The notes under the pieces: generated by a model
The model's input: the letters and a program-made list of their open reading frames with translations, nothing else
The model's database searches: none
What the model was told of the DNA's origin: nothing
Shown: positions 25,553 through 40,500 of the stretch, piece after piece
How the letters are laid out: the number at the start of each line of letters is the position of its first letter
How positions within the stretch are numbered: the stretch's first letter is position 1
Assembly (NCBI RefSeq): GCF_037042905.1
Contig: NC_087245.1
Span: 35,962,001-36,026,000 of the forward strand
Source: Lytechinus pictus
Lineage: Eukaryota
Length of the DNA stretch: 64,000 nucleotides
Reading direction: 5' to 3'
Translations under genes and position numbers: made by a program

Positions 25553-28500
25553 GTAATATATTCAGGCTTTAATAAACTTTCTTGAAACTCTCGATCAAAA
25601 TCACTTAGAGACCAATTTGTTTCTTATAAAGGATATTTATCAGGACACTTGATGGTGTAGATTTCATTTAGATCAGTCAGTAGAATAAGACAGCTGGCAG
25701 CCGTCTGTTTCGAGCAATCGAGGAGTTATATTATTTATTATAATTAATTTCAATTCAAAGAATCAAACTTTTTAATTCAATTTTTTTTAAGTTAACTTTT
25801 GACTTTTGTATTTCTCCTCGCACACAAACCTAGCCAGGATGCTCCTAAAAGTCCTAGAGAGTAAAAATAATTTACTTACGTATGCTTACACCGAGCCAGG
25901 TATTGCGTCCCATTCCTGTGCGTGTACCGCAAAAAAAAAAATGAAACTTTCGCCCCCGAGATTTCTATTACTTTATTAGTTACATGTACTTTCCTCCTAA
26001 AAGAACTAGATCATGTAGATCTAGGCCCTAGCTAGCCCTAAATCATGTTAATGGGATGCAACTTCATTTCCAACATTTCTACGATATTGATTTCATTTGT
26101 AAACAAGAATTCATTTAAAAAACAAGAAAAATATTAGCAAAAGACGGGGGAAACTTGCGCGATGTTTACGCCGCCATCTTGTTTCTTCGCCAACGTTACA
26201 GACAAGGATATGCATCGCAGTTTGTCCTGCTTGTTTGTAATTTAATGTTTAACATTGTTTATTGAATTGCTAGTTATTTTTTCTTCATTGTTATTAATTA
26301 TTTATAGGGTGTCTGGAGAAAAATATTATTTTTCTTATTTCAAGAAAATATCACATTTTCTTTGTGAATTTGAAGAGAAATGACCTTCAGACTGACAGAA
26401 ATGTAACATTTTTGAAAAAAATCTGATTATTGGCTACAAAAAAGAAGAATGAAATTAGGTCAATTTTCAGCATTTCTCTGCCATAGACTGTGTAGTTAAG
26501 AAATGGACACACACAAATCCAAATTTTTAGCTTCAGAGAGCTGTTATAAATTTATTATTAATGCCAAAAACTTGTCCATAAAGAGTCCAATAGGATTTTT
26601 TATGCTCTTTCTGATGGTATGATTTTTATAAAGATTTGGAAACCAGATCACAATGAAAAATTGCGACAAAGTGAAAAAATTGTGCAAAACAGAAATTTCA
26701 TTTTCCCATAGAAAACGCATGGGGAAATGGCAATCTCAACACACACAAAAATAAGGGTTTGCAATTTATCTCTAAATCCTTAATTCAAATGATCATATAA
26801 AGTTGTCCTTACTGTCAAAAGAAGCCCCTGAATTTTCTCTTTCCATACATGCCAAACACAAGTTGATAATCAATTCAGATCACGTTTTTTTAGTAGCCTG
26901 AACTTCCCGAAAGAAATGTGCCACATTTTCCCCTAAATCAGCCTGTCTTATGCTGACACTTTTCAGTGTGGCTTCAGACACCCTATTATTTAATTGGTGT
27001 TCATTTAATGTTTATTGTTTGTAGTATTGCATGTATTAAATTAACCGGACATTCTAAGTTATAAATTTGTCCATCAAATTGAATAGCTTAAAGGTCAAGT
27101 TCACCTTCAGAAAAATGTTGATTTGAATAAGTAGAGAAAAATTAAACTAGCATAAAGCTGACAATTCATCAAAATCGGATGTAAAATAAAGTTATGACAT
27201 TTTAAACTTTCACTTATCTTTCACAAAACAGTGATGCACAATTCAGTGACATTCAAATGAGACAGCTGATGATGTCTCTCACTCAACTTTTCTTTTGTTT
27301 TTTATTGTTTGAATAAATACAATATTTAATTTTTTACAGATTTGACAATAAGGACCAACTTCACTGAAACATAAATTTTTAACAATGCTATGTTCAGGCA
27401 GGAATTAATTGTTGTTTCACTTGACAATGAGGAGAAAATTAGAATATTTCATGTAATGAAATTCAAAAGAAATAGTGAGTGGATGACATCATCAGTCTCC
27501 TCATTTGCATACTCACCAGGATGTGCATATAACTGTTTTGTGAAATTAAGCAAAACTTTAAACTGTCATAACTTTCTTATTTTACAATTACATCCAATTT
27601 TGATGAAATTTTCAGTGTTATGCTTGTTGGATTTTTCTATTTTCATTCAAATCATCTTTTTGTTGGGGTGGACTTGTCCTTTACGGAAGGATTAACCTTA
27701 TCTACTTTGAACAGAATTTGTACTTAGAGGAATCCTTTTCATAATTTTTAATTTCTTATTTGATAAAACTCACTTGAAAATTATTTTATGAATATTGTGA
27801 AACATTGTCAACATAATTATACAGTATCAATTTTGGGAATACTTTCTGAGGGACATGTTTACATGTACATGGATATTGTTTTCGACAACGGCACTTATTC
27901 TCTTCGACTTTCTTGAAACTGGTATCCCTCGAACCAGATTCGGGAAATAAGTTTAGAAGATTCCTCTGTCTTCTCCACACAATCTCCTGAGCTAATTGTA
28001 TCCTTACCTTCGCTTAAACCAGTCTAACGAGGCAAAGAGGTCTTCAAAGCCATATCGCAAATTTGGTTTTCGAACTGCTCCGAGCATTTTGCTGTGATGA
28101 TATTGAAATATTATATATTCACTACAGATAACAGTGCTTAATAACTGATTTGTTTGAATCTGCTATTAATCCCCAAATTGGTGGCTGGTCAAAAATAGTC
28201 TGTGCCACGTCCTAAGCCACTCATCAAAACTGTCTTTTAGCACGAATCCTGCTATAATGGTTTGATTTTGTTTCCCAACATTAAGCCCTCCAAAGGCCTT
28301 TTATTGAGTCAAATACATGTAATATCAAAATATACACAAGCAAACATTATTACACAATTAATAAATGAACTCAAACAATAATAATACTTAAACATTTCTC
28401 TCAAGTAAATGAAGAATGAAGTGACATCCATTTAGTATTAAATTTGTTTAAGAAACCCGATATAGAACTAATATCTCATCTTCATAATATCGAATCATTT

Positions 28501-31500
28501 TTTTCTTTGCATATGTAAACACTGGTTTTTTACTATTTAACTTTTGAAAAAAAAAAAATGCTGTTTGATTATACATACCAAACAATTCAATGCATCGTTT
28601 CTTTTCTCATCAAAAACCAAAGATTACATTTTTCAAACTAAATTCAAGTTAAGTTTAGTTTGAAAAAAAAATAAAGGCTTGATGCGTCTTTTCACTGCGG
28701 CTTTCCGCATTGCCTATTTATTTGGCTACATGAATGATGAAATGTGAGAATTGGTAATCAAACGCTGCTAACGGGATTTCTGCAGAAAAGACACAGACAC
28801 CGACTTTGACGAGGTACATGTAGACACCCTAACAAAAACCTGTGCTGTGTCTTAATAAAGAGGAATCCAAAATAAAAGCACCATGCATCTTTGTGTAATC
28901 AACGGTGTCTCACTCTTAACCACATTCCTCATTCTTTGATAAGTAAATTTTCGTATTCCTTGTCAGATTTCTTCAACCTTCCACCAATTTGTGTTTCGTG
29001 CCTTTCTTCTCACAGGAATTGTTTTATCACTGAGGCGGAATTATAATTTGAATAATACCACTATTACATTTTCTGTATTTTCAGTTGAACGTGAAGGGTG
29101 CAACATATACACCCACCAACAACACTCGAGCAATGATTTTGCTCAAGGATGGCACAGCAGTTCACATCAATAAGGCCCCTGCTTCTGGTCTTGAAAAGAT
29201 GATGGATGCTATCGATGCTTTAGGCAAAAAAGGTTGGTTGAAAACTAGATAGGTTTTCACTTGGCTCAATTAAGTATGTACATGTACAGTACATGTATTT
29301 ATTGGTCTAATATTGCTCAGTTATTGTTATACAGTGCGTATAAAAAAAATGGGACAGATTTGAAAAGTCTATAAAATGTTTGTTTCAAATTATGATCTCT
29401 ATATTTTGGTGTCAATACGTGTAGGTGCTCTGAGGTCTTATCCTTCAAATGCCATCAAAATAATTTAGTTTCGTTCATGTTTGAGCGAACACGGAATGTT
29501 TTTGTCTGAGGTTAAAAAGGAGGCTTGCGCCAAAATGGCATAAAATGATAAATATGATGGTCAAACTTCTTGCTAATCAGCAGACTTCCTCTTGACCTTT
29601 TCATTAATATCTTTGCCATAATTTTCGAATTATGCGGTCAAAATTTGTTTCCAAATCTACTTATTTGCTTGAATAGTTCTGTTATTCGTTTTTAATATGT
29701 TCTCTTTCAGCTTTGAATATTCCTTCTCTAAGCAAAAACAATTTTTTCAACCGAATTATGGGAGAGCGTCAATTTTTTTTCAAATCCTTTTATTGTGTGC
29801 TACAAAGGTTATGGTGCCTTTGAACAGTGGCAGACTGATGGGTGGGGGATCGGGGTGCCCACCCCCCCCCAAAAAAAAAACAAAAAAAAATAGAAAGTGA
29901 AATATGATATCATTTTCTGAATATTATGTCAAAATCACAAAATTGGATATTTTAATTTAAAAAAGTGGAAATGTTTTGCTTGCTCGCTTCACAACTTTTT
30001 AATACATTTTACTCGATCTGCCTTATCTTGCTCCTTCAAAATCGACACAATAGGCTACACCATTGCCATTGAAAGACATGAATCCTTTCCTGTTTGTCTT
30101 GCCAAGCACATAATTAAACTTGAAGGATTCAATAATCTCTTGAAAATAGGATTCATGTTTTTTTTATAGGTACCATAACATAATTTGTTTCACATAATAA
30201 AAGGATTTGAATAATAACAAATTCTCCCAATTAATAATGCAAATCTTCTTACTTGGGTTGACAAAAAGTCTTCTTTTCTTACTTATGAAGGAAAATTCAA
30301 AGGTAAAAGAAGTTTAAATGAAAAACAAAATAATTCAGGTAAATAAATAAATTTGTAAATAAAATTTGACAGCATAATTTGAAAATTATGGCAAAGATAA
30401 TGAAAAGATTAAGAGGAAGTCTGCTGATTGGCCAAAAGTCTAATCATCAAATTTCTCATTTCTGCCATTTTGGCGCAAGCCTCTTTTTGAACCCCCGACA
30501 AAAACGTCCAATGTTCGCTCAAGCATGAACAAAATATATTTTTTTTAATTGCATTTTAAAGATAAGATATCCGAGCATCTATTAACATCAAAATATAGAT
30601 ATAATGATTTGAAACAAATTTTTTATAGACTTTTCAAAACTGTCCCGTTTTTTTATACGCACTGTATAGATTGCATTATTTGCATATGACTATTTGTTTG
30701 AAATTAGTAAACAACTAAACATAATTACAATTAGGACAATATCATAATTGGTAGAAGTAAAAACCATCGTAGGAAAGGATTGTCAGAAAATCACACTGCC
30801 TCCAACCGGGTTTGATCTTGGGACCCTAGCTTGCATGCCAGGTCCTTGGGTTCAAATCCTGGTTGGGACATTGACTAAGCGATGAAAATGAGTCCATAGA
30901 ATGTACTAGGCATTCAAACTAAAGGGTAGTGTTACGACACATTTGACCCTGTCACCTCTAACAAGTTTACCCATCTCATGTCATATTTGTCATGTAGAAT
31001 GAAATTGACGACTTACAGGTGTAACTTGATCAACAGACATTGACAATGGCCACAACGCCCTCTCTCAAATAATAAACTTCCTGCCAAAGCCACCTATTAG
31101 AGAGACTTGTCGGTTGGTTTCAAAATGATGCTCTACAAGGCACGATAGCTGAGGACTGTTTGTCTTGCAACTCGGCGAAACAGTTTTAAAACCCATGCTG
31201 GGGGCTTTTATGATCCTCATTACAAGGTCCCTTGGAGAGGACCTTAGCCATTGGTTACCAGGGATGTATTCGAGACCATTCTTGAGGCCACACTTGCCAG
31301 CCGTGGCCTTGGCCTATTAAAGTCACTTGTACAAAGTCTTTGAGAGAAGGTTTCTCCGGCAGCCCCATGACTTGGAAGAACTTGTCTCGACTACATCTCT
31401 GTTTGTTACTTCAAATCATTCCTGCTTAATACATTGTAGGTGAAATAACCATCGCCACATTTAGCCTTTCCCGTTTCTGTTGTGTTCATGTGTCTAGGCA

Positions 31501-34500
31501 AGACTACAGGGATTAGTTCTCACTTGAACAGTAAACCTCAGGTAAACAAGACATCGCCCCCTTGGCTTAAGGAAGTTATATCACCTCAGAAGCCCAAACC
31601 TTCACGAGAACAATCATTGGTAAGTGAAATTCATTCTTTCTTTTTCCACTGTAGTATGAGATGGAAAGTGAATTATTAAATGAATCCATTAGATTATTTG
31701 TACAATGTGTCCCCCCAAAATGTCCCTCTAATACATGATGGAATTAATCCCAAAATGTACTATTATTCTCAATTAAATATCCAGAACTAGAAAGCTCATT
31801 TCATTTTCTGATTTATCTGAAGATTTCATGGGTCTTGCTTCAGTGGTTTCGAATGCACATTTTGTTTTATAACTTTTTATTCAATTAGGTAAATTAACTT
31901 GATCTCTGTAATTCTAATAATGATAATACCAACATGGTTATATACTGTAGCACATATCACTGCCAAATGCGTCCCTATGTGCTCAATGTGATATTATTAC
32001 CCTGGCTTTAGCCCTGCAGGCTTTTACAGCGCGGTAGCATTTCAAGGAATAAATTCCTGCCAGGTACCCATTTACCTCACCTGGGTTGAGTGCAGCACAA
32101 TGTGGATAAATTTATTGCGAAGGAAATTACATCGTGGCTGGGATTTGAACCCACTACCCCCTGTTTCAAAGTCAGAAGACTAATCCACTGGGCCATAACG
32201 CTCCATAATACTAGTATTAATGAAAGAATGAAAACAAGAATGCAGTTGTTGAAATATATGAATATTAAACATTGAATCAGGCATGATACAGGCTTGGCGG
32301 GTTATCCCCGTCAGCATTTCCCATTAACAAACTTAGAATGGCCTGCCAGGCTTTGGTGTTACATATTGCCCTTTTGAACGTGCTCAACTTTGTGATTTGA
32401 TGAGCCTGGTTAGGTCATGGCAATTTCTCTGGTCAGATCCGGGAATTCCCTGGTCAGATTCTGGATGATCAAAGGGGATTGATATGCCAGACAATGCAGA
32501 ACATACATGTACTGCAGTGCTGCATGCAAACTTGAAATGGGCCAAAAATTACCACTGTTGCATATTAATAGATTGTGTATTCAAAACTGCTGAAGCGAGA
32601 CCATTGAAATGTTTATTGAAGTTTGAACACACAATTTGCTTCATAGTTCTGCACATATAACGGAGAATAATACTTAATTGTAGATTTAATTCAGTTGTAT
32701 TTGAGAGGGACATTTTTGGGGGACGCACTGTAATGCTAGAATCTGTAAAATTTGCCTCTAAGGATATACAGTGCATGTGGGTCCATAAGGTATTCTTAAG
32801 ATGAATGGTTAGGTGTGTATTTCACTGAGGGGCTAATGTTTGCGAACATCAAAAATTTAGAGTTGTGTACTACGGGTACATCTGGGTTTTAAAGGTTACA
32901 AACGGCTCACTAACTGCATAGCGTAGTAAGACGTACATGTAGGTGCCGGCCGCTTTTCTGACAGTGACGGCAGTGAGAGATCAAGTTCCTAGACCGATAG
33001 GAGTAGCATTGCCTTTTCATGGCCTCTGATAATTGCATTGTTTATTTAATAGCAATGTCACAAAGTCAACACTGCCGCTATAAATGCAGGTGAGACTGCT
33101 AGAGGCATTCCACTTGTTAATATTGATATTGCAATTGTTTCTTAACTTGCAAATGCAAATTTATCTTCATCAAAGTTTTACAAACATTTGCATACTTTGC
33201 AAGCATTTATCACATAGTCAAAGTGTTTGCAACATTTAGCAGAAATGGGTTGATGAATAAAAAAAAAAAAGAATCACTCGTAGCTCATTCTGGTACACAG
33301 TGTCTATTGGTGGAAATGCAGTTGTTAATTGATATGTTTTAAAAGGACTGTACACACTTAACATTCAAAACTATGTTTCTTATGGGATCAATCTTTGAGT
33401 GATTGATATGATTTGAAACACAATTACCTGCACGGGATTAAGAGGGACAAAGCCTTTCATTTGATAATTCTTATTTGTTTTGTGTTTTGTATTGATTTTT
33501 AAGATGCATTTCTTGTAAGATGTTTATTTAACTCATCCCATGTCTGTGCAGAAAGTTTTGAACGTATCATACATTGGCCCGCCTCCTTTATATTACATTC
33601 CAACTCAATCAAGAATCATACGGTATGCTTCTTGATTGAGTTGGAATGTAATATAAGGAGGCGGGCCAGTCCCCGCGTCAAGTGTAATTAATCAATCTGT
33701 TCTTTGTTTTAATTCTAAACTTAGACACCGGGCCGGAGTCGGACGGGTGATCGGGAGGAATTCACGGGTGTGAAAACCCCAACCTTTCATCAGAAGTCAT
33801 TTTCTCCATGGAAATCCATCAAACGCAAGACCCCTGATGATGAAGTTCTTGAAGTCGGTGACGGCGAAGACACAGAGAATCTAGGAGCATCAATGCTTTT
33901 CTCTGATCAGACAGATAAGGAGAACAGATACACACCTACGCCTTGCAGGTGAATTATTATGTTTTTAAAACGCTACCGATAAACCGGCGTTTACGGTTAA
34001 CCGGAGGCGGTAAAAAAAGAGAAAACCTTCACCAAAGTTGCTAATGTTAACTATAGTCCCACATGTTGCCCCGGGGACCTCGACACGACGTCTTCTTTTA
34101 CGTGTTCGGGCTGCCGCAGTAAGTCCCACATGTAGACTTTCATAGTGTTGCAACGTTAATTGAAAACAATCGTTTGATCATTCTGATCATTTTTGACCGT
34201 TTTATACTCAATCAACACCATGAAAGTGTACATGTGGGACTACAATATTACCGAGTGTAACATGAAACGATCGTTCCGATTCAAGAAAAATGTGAGTATT
34301 CTTACTTTTTTCTTTAGTTTCCAACTAAACTAAAACAATTTCAAGGAATCATTGAAAATAGATGACCATTTTATGAATATAAAGATGTAAAATCTGAAAT
34401 TTCAGCAACTTTTTTGAAGGTTTTCCCCCCTACTGTTAGGCCCTAGATCTATGGTTAAACGGTTGTAAAAATAGGTTAAACGTTTATGCTTTTAACGGTC

Positions 34501-37500
34501 GTTTGAACAACGTTTAAGTGTTTTGACTCAGCCCTGCTTTTTGATTTGTGATAATTCAGGAAACTAGATTGTTCAAACTATTTGATTGTTTACCCTGGCG
34601 AACAATCGAATGGCAAGAAGGGTATTCATCCCACGCCTAGTTGTCATTCAGTTAGCGGAGAGTCACCTCATTCAATCAAATCCAATGATATCACTGAAAA
34701 TTTCAGAGGTGATGACAATAGTCAGTGCTGACAACTGTTACAAAACACCTTCGGAGTTCAGAAGACGGCCATCGATTCTCTGACACATTCGGTCTACTAT
34801 TGAGTTTGTAGAGGTCTATGCTTCATCTGTTCATAAGAGTAATATCAGCTTGCTGTTTTTGCTTCTACTTCACAGAGGAGAAAGGCAGGGTGTGCTGCAG
34901 AAGAGGATGAAATCCGGGGGCTCCATATTCCTAGAATCGTTTGAGGAGAAGCAAAAGGGAATGAGTGAAAACAAGAAGAAAGGTAAAGCTCTTTGATTTC
35001 ATAACTAAGCTCAATTCATTTATCTGAAGACAAAGGTTTTGACTTGTGGTGTACGTGTATACTATTTGTATATTCATATAAAGTAGGACTCAAATGACTC
35101 CCAGGTTTTTCATTACATAACACACCTGTAAGCACCTCCCCATATGTCACGACATTCTACAAAATGCCACTTACTGAGAATATTGGATGATTCACTCTAT
35201 CCTAATAAAGACACATTTCATTCACACTTCAATGGACATAAATACATGTACTTGTATTAGGGCAATTCCATAAAATAATCAACCTTTTTGTACATTTGAC
35301 CCCATTTTTCTCAAGTTTTACTTCACTTAATGAACTGACCAAGTCATGGTCGTTTGAGAGCATTACAGACTGTCAAAAGAACAAGAAATCAGAGAGGGAG
35401 AATTTCATGAAGGTCCCACATATAGGGGGTTGGACGTACATATCTTATGGAATTGCCCATATATGTATGGGGCAGCTGCTAAAATATAATGTCACGAAAG
35501 CAAAACTTGAAAAAAAATCAGAACTGTATCAATCTTTGTCAGATTTTTTTTCTTCAAATCTTCATGAGTGTGCTTCTCTAACTTTCTTTGTTTATCGAAA
35601 CAAACTATATGTCAGGATGTATTTCTCACTTGAAAGTATAATGTGCTTACAAAGTTAAGTTTTGTTGTTTTCATCAACAATGTTCTTTCGATGTGTTGTT
35701 TGATCTCAAGTTTAAAATTAATTTTAATGGATTAGTCAGATTCTTAATCTGTTTTCAGCTGCTTGTGATGTGATAAAATAGCATTTTGATATCCATCATG
35801 CAAGCTACAGTCCTTTGGGGAGGGTCCACGAGGCTGAGGGTTACGTATGCTTGTCTACATACATGTACATCAAATTATTTTCTGTGTTGCCTTATCTTCA
35901 ATGTAAACTGAGGTATACATTCTAGCAAACACTGTCATCATCTAAACCGCATAGAAGTTATCTTTTGGGCATGTTTTGAAATCGAAAGCAAGGTAGATAA
36001 AGCTATTTTTATTTAGACCGACCTAATCCATTGCTTCATGGGAAAACCCCCAGTCCCTCCATGCATGGTATAACTCTCTGAAACAAAGCTCCAAAATCAG
36101 AATCTAAACAAACTTCATTTCTTTCATTTTGAAACTATTTTCATAATCATTGTTTGTAAGCTTTGTATTTTCTTATTTTTGTTTTGTGTGCGTTTTCAGG
36201 TCCGAATTCAGCCATGGCTGTGTCTCATAATTTCTATTCCCGTGGCAGACAAATGTCAAATTATGGAACAAGTGATCTCTTCTCACGGTAAGTAATCATG
36301 AAAATAAAATCATTTCGTTACGTATGAGTTTTTTAGGGTGTTGCTCGAAAATTAGTTGCATGCAAGTGCAATTTTCATGGCAGGTTTGTAGTAGATGCAT
36401 TCTTTTTGTCAGCATCTTTGTCTGACATGTTTTCAAATCTGATCTTAGCTTTGATATGCTTTAGATGCACACATGTTTGACTGTTACTATGGTAACTGTC
36501 AGATTATGACAACTAATCCATTGCTTACAACTTTAATAAAACGGTCCCTTGGTTGAAATATTGCAGGGCTGCCAACTCACTCTGATTAAGTTTCTTACAA
36601 ATGGGCAGATTTTAGCTCCTAAAGACATTCTCCATCAATCTCTGTTCTAGTACATGTCCTTTCAAAATAAAAACAACCACATGTATTTTTTTCTGATTTG
36701 AAATATTTGAGATCAAATGAGGCCTGAAACATTCATTTCACAGACCAGTCATTATTCTTTTATTTCTGGGGCAGTGTTTCATGAAGTAAAATGTTGGTTA
36801 CTTTCATGAACCACTTTGTTGTGAGCCAATCAGATGCAAGGATTTCAGTAACTTTTATCACATGTCAGTGAAAATCACTGACTATTTGTTTCATGAAATG
36901 CTCCCCAGAACTCCATCTCTAAGCAGTAGATCACAGTCTGAAGAACCAGGCAAGAAGACAACTCCTGGGTTTCTTGTCTCAAAGTCCAACAATGTACCAA
37001 GGTCAAAGTTCAACTTCAAGACCTGGAACAAACCAAGCGGGATGGAGTCATCTCAGAGAAACCTGCAAGGGTGAGTCACCTTTTATATTGCGGATCCTCC
37101 CCACCACCCCTTTAAAGGTCAGGTCCATCCCAGAAAAAAAATTGATTTGAATAAATAGAGAAAAATAAAACTAGCATAACACTGAAAATTTCATCAAAAT
37201 CGGATGTGGAATAAGAAAGCTATGACATTTTAAAATTTTGTCTATTTTTCTCAAAACAGTGATATGCACCATTCATTGACATGTAAATGAGACAGTCGAT
37301 GATGTCCTTATACTTACAATTTCTTTTGTTTTTTGTTGTTTGAATTATTCAATATTTCATTTTTTTTTCATATTTGACAATTAGGACCAACTTGACTGAA
37401 CCATATAATATTAATCATTGCTAGTTCCACAGGTTCAGGGAGAAATTAATCATTGTTTCACTTGACAATGAGGAGAACATTAGAATATTTAATATATCAT

Positions 37501-40500
37501 ATTATAAAATACAAAAGAAATAGTGAGTGGATTACGTCATCAGTCTCCTCATTTGCATACCGACCAGGATGTGCATATGCACTGTAACTGTTCTGTAAAA
37601 TTAAGCAAAACTTAAAAATGTCACAACTTTCTTATTTTACATGCGATTTTGATGAAATTTTCAGTGTTATACAGGTTTGATTTTGCTTTTTTTATTCAAA
37701 TCACCTTTTTGTTGGGGTGGACTTGTCCTTTAAACTTTCCATCCAACCCCCCCCCCCCTGCAGGTTCTCTAATCTTGGCAACATACATTGAATGCCATCC
37801 GATCATCATTTCTGGGTTTACAATGCTTCATCTAAGGAAACAACATATACCTCTCCTGATAACCATATTTATCTGTGATATACTCTTGAAGGGTTTTGTA
37901 CGTTCTCTAACCTCGGTAACACCTGTTACATGAATGCCATCCTGCAGTTGTTACTGGGTTTACAATGCTTCATCCATTGTCACTAGCATGTACTTATACT
38001 GATGACTATTTTTTTTTATTTTAAATCTTTGTAGATTCTCTAACCTCGGTAACACCTGTTACATGAATGCAATCCTGCAGTCGTTATTGGGTTTACAATG
38101 CTTCATCCAAGATCTTCAGCATATACCTCTCATCAAAGTCTTGCCTAAATCTAGCCTCTATAGGTAAGTCACTAATGCACATGTACATGTTTTCTTTCTG
38201 TATAGAGTCTGTCTTTTCTTCCGATTTGCCAATTTGATAGTTTTCAGGCAAGTCCTACACGAGGAACACTGTTAGGGCTATTTCCTGGACACTTTTCAAG
38301 AATGTTGTCAGAATTTACTAAATCATTGTCAGCATTTACTACACCTTTAGTACACCCCTTAGCTTTGATTGGCTGATAAGCAACAAGGTTACTGTCAGAG
38401 AGTAATACAGTGTAGCTGTGTGATAAATACCATTGGAGAAATGCTTTGGATTACAGTTTTATTCATATTTCTGAGACCACATGTTGCAGACTAAGAATGA
38501 AAGCAATGGCATCATTATTTTCATATCACTTTTTGATGTTATATAGTTATCTATATTTCTCTCTTATGGGCATTTTCACCACAGATGGACACAGAGGCAA
38601 AAAAATCAAGTTGATATTCATGTCAAATGCTTTATGTTTTTTAATAAAACTAGACCTGAAGTTACTGAGACAAAAAAATTTCCGACTCTGGCAGCCATTT
38701 TTTATTTCAAAATGGCTGCCAAAATATGGATACAAATTAGTGTTGAAAATAGTATATTGATACATATTTTGTTTTGACAGATTTTTAAAGAACAGTTTTG
38801 ATCATGTTGTTTTCGCCTGTGATTTAGCTTGCTATTATAACACTTTTTAAAATCCCACAGAAAGAAACACCAGTAATTTATTCATCTGATAAAAAAACAT
38901 TGATGAAGTATGTGATATGGTATGTAATGTCAGTTACCGAAAACATGATTTTTTTTTTCTCATTTCCTGGAAAAGAGGATATATTATATGAAACTTGGTA
39001 GATTTCCTCTCTAGGTAACACCCCTCCCTTCTACACCAAAATGAAAGATTACCAATTAAAGATGAAGCCATAGGGTACCATTAAATATATGTAATGTCAG
39101 TTACCAAGTGGAAAATGTAATGTCAGTTACCGAGATGTAATGTCAGTTACCATGATAAAACGTTGGTTACCAATATTGAAATGCAAATATGTGGTCAATT
39201 TTATGGTGAAGAAATATTGTATACTTGTTATTTAAGTCTTTCACTTTAAAAGTCACACCAGAAGGAGCTTGCTATTGACTTTTAAAAGGTATAGTTCACA
39301 AGGAATACTATATGAAATTATGAAGGAAGTTGCATTCCCATTGTGCAAAAAAAAATTACTATGAAATTGTTTTGTACATGCGCTTACCAAGTACCTAATT
39401 GTTTGTATCAGACAATTTTTTGTTTGGTTTTCGGGGGGGGGGGGGGGTAGGGGGTACTTTTCCCAACCTATTGCCTAAATCTGCAACATTTTTTAAGCTT
39501 AACATTGTGATGAAGGGGATTTCCAGGGTCCCTTTTTTAGTTTCTAGGATTCTTTAGAGCATTGCCTCGCTAAAAGTAAATTCCTGGTTTTTATACCTGT
39601 TAGTATGTGGATGTGTGATACAATTTTGTTTTTGGTTTACAAGTATAGATGAAAAGTGAAATTTGACAGTTCTGATCAATGTTGCATGGATCTAGTAAAA
39701 CTGTGTTTTCTTTTTCTAATTTACAAATAGTTCAGTTTCAGTTTAGAAGCTGGAGTTTATTTTTTGTTGACAGCTTAAAAAAGAAATTAGCAAAGAAAAT
39801 GATTAAACAAATTATGAAGAGAATTGAAATCCGACAGATATGAACAAGCATTGCTTGTACTGACCAGAATAGAAATCAATAAAACTACATGGCTGCATGA
39901 GATTCGGGGGAGGGGTACGTGAAGCCTAGGGGAGGAGACCCTTATTCATTTTGCCTTTTTTGAGGGGAGGGGGAGGTTGGAGAAGGAAAAGGTTTAAAAG
40001 GTCAATATAAAACTGATGAATATATTATGGGTGTATAGTCAGAAAAATCCATGTGTACAGTCAATGCAATATTAAATTACTATAGGAAAACATGTAGCTG
40101 CTATGACCCCACCCCCCCCCCCCCCCCCCGAGTAAGTAAAACATACATTTCTTATCTTTTGATAATTAAAAATTGTGAAGTATTATGAAACTTTTATGAT
40201 TTTAAAAAGCCTTACATATAAGTACCAAGAAAATTATGCTTTTGAAAATCATATAGCACTGGTAAATGTTAATGTGTATTGTCAGTTACCGAGTAATGAT
40301 AAAAATGTTCACATCAAAGAAAGGAATTAAGAAAAAGAAAAAGTTTATTCATTTAAATGTTCCTAGAAACTTGGGTATACTTCCACATCAAGCTCACTTT
40401 CAGGTGAAGCCCTGCACAGAAGATACAATGCAATGATTCCACACATTTGACTTCCATGTGTTATCTCTATGGCATATTAAGTGTAATGTCAGTTACCGTA

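Noticed and set aside
27860..28060. Coding-looking stretch in intron 1
   Set aside because: Short frames with stops, no recognisable family, and not needed for the USP37 model.
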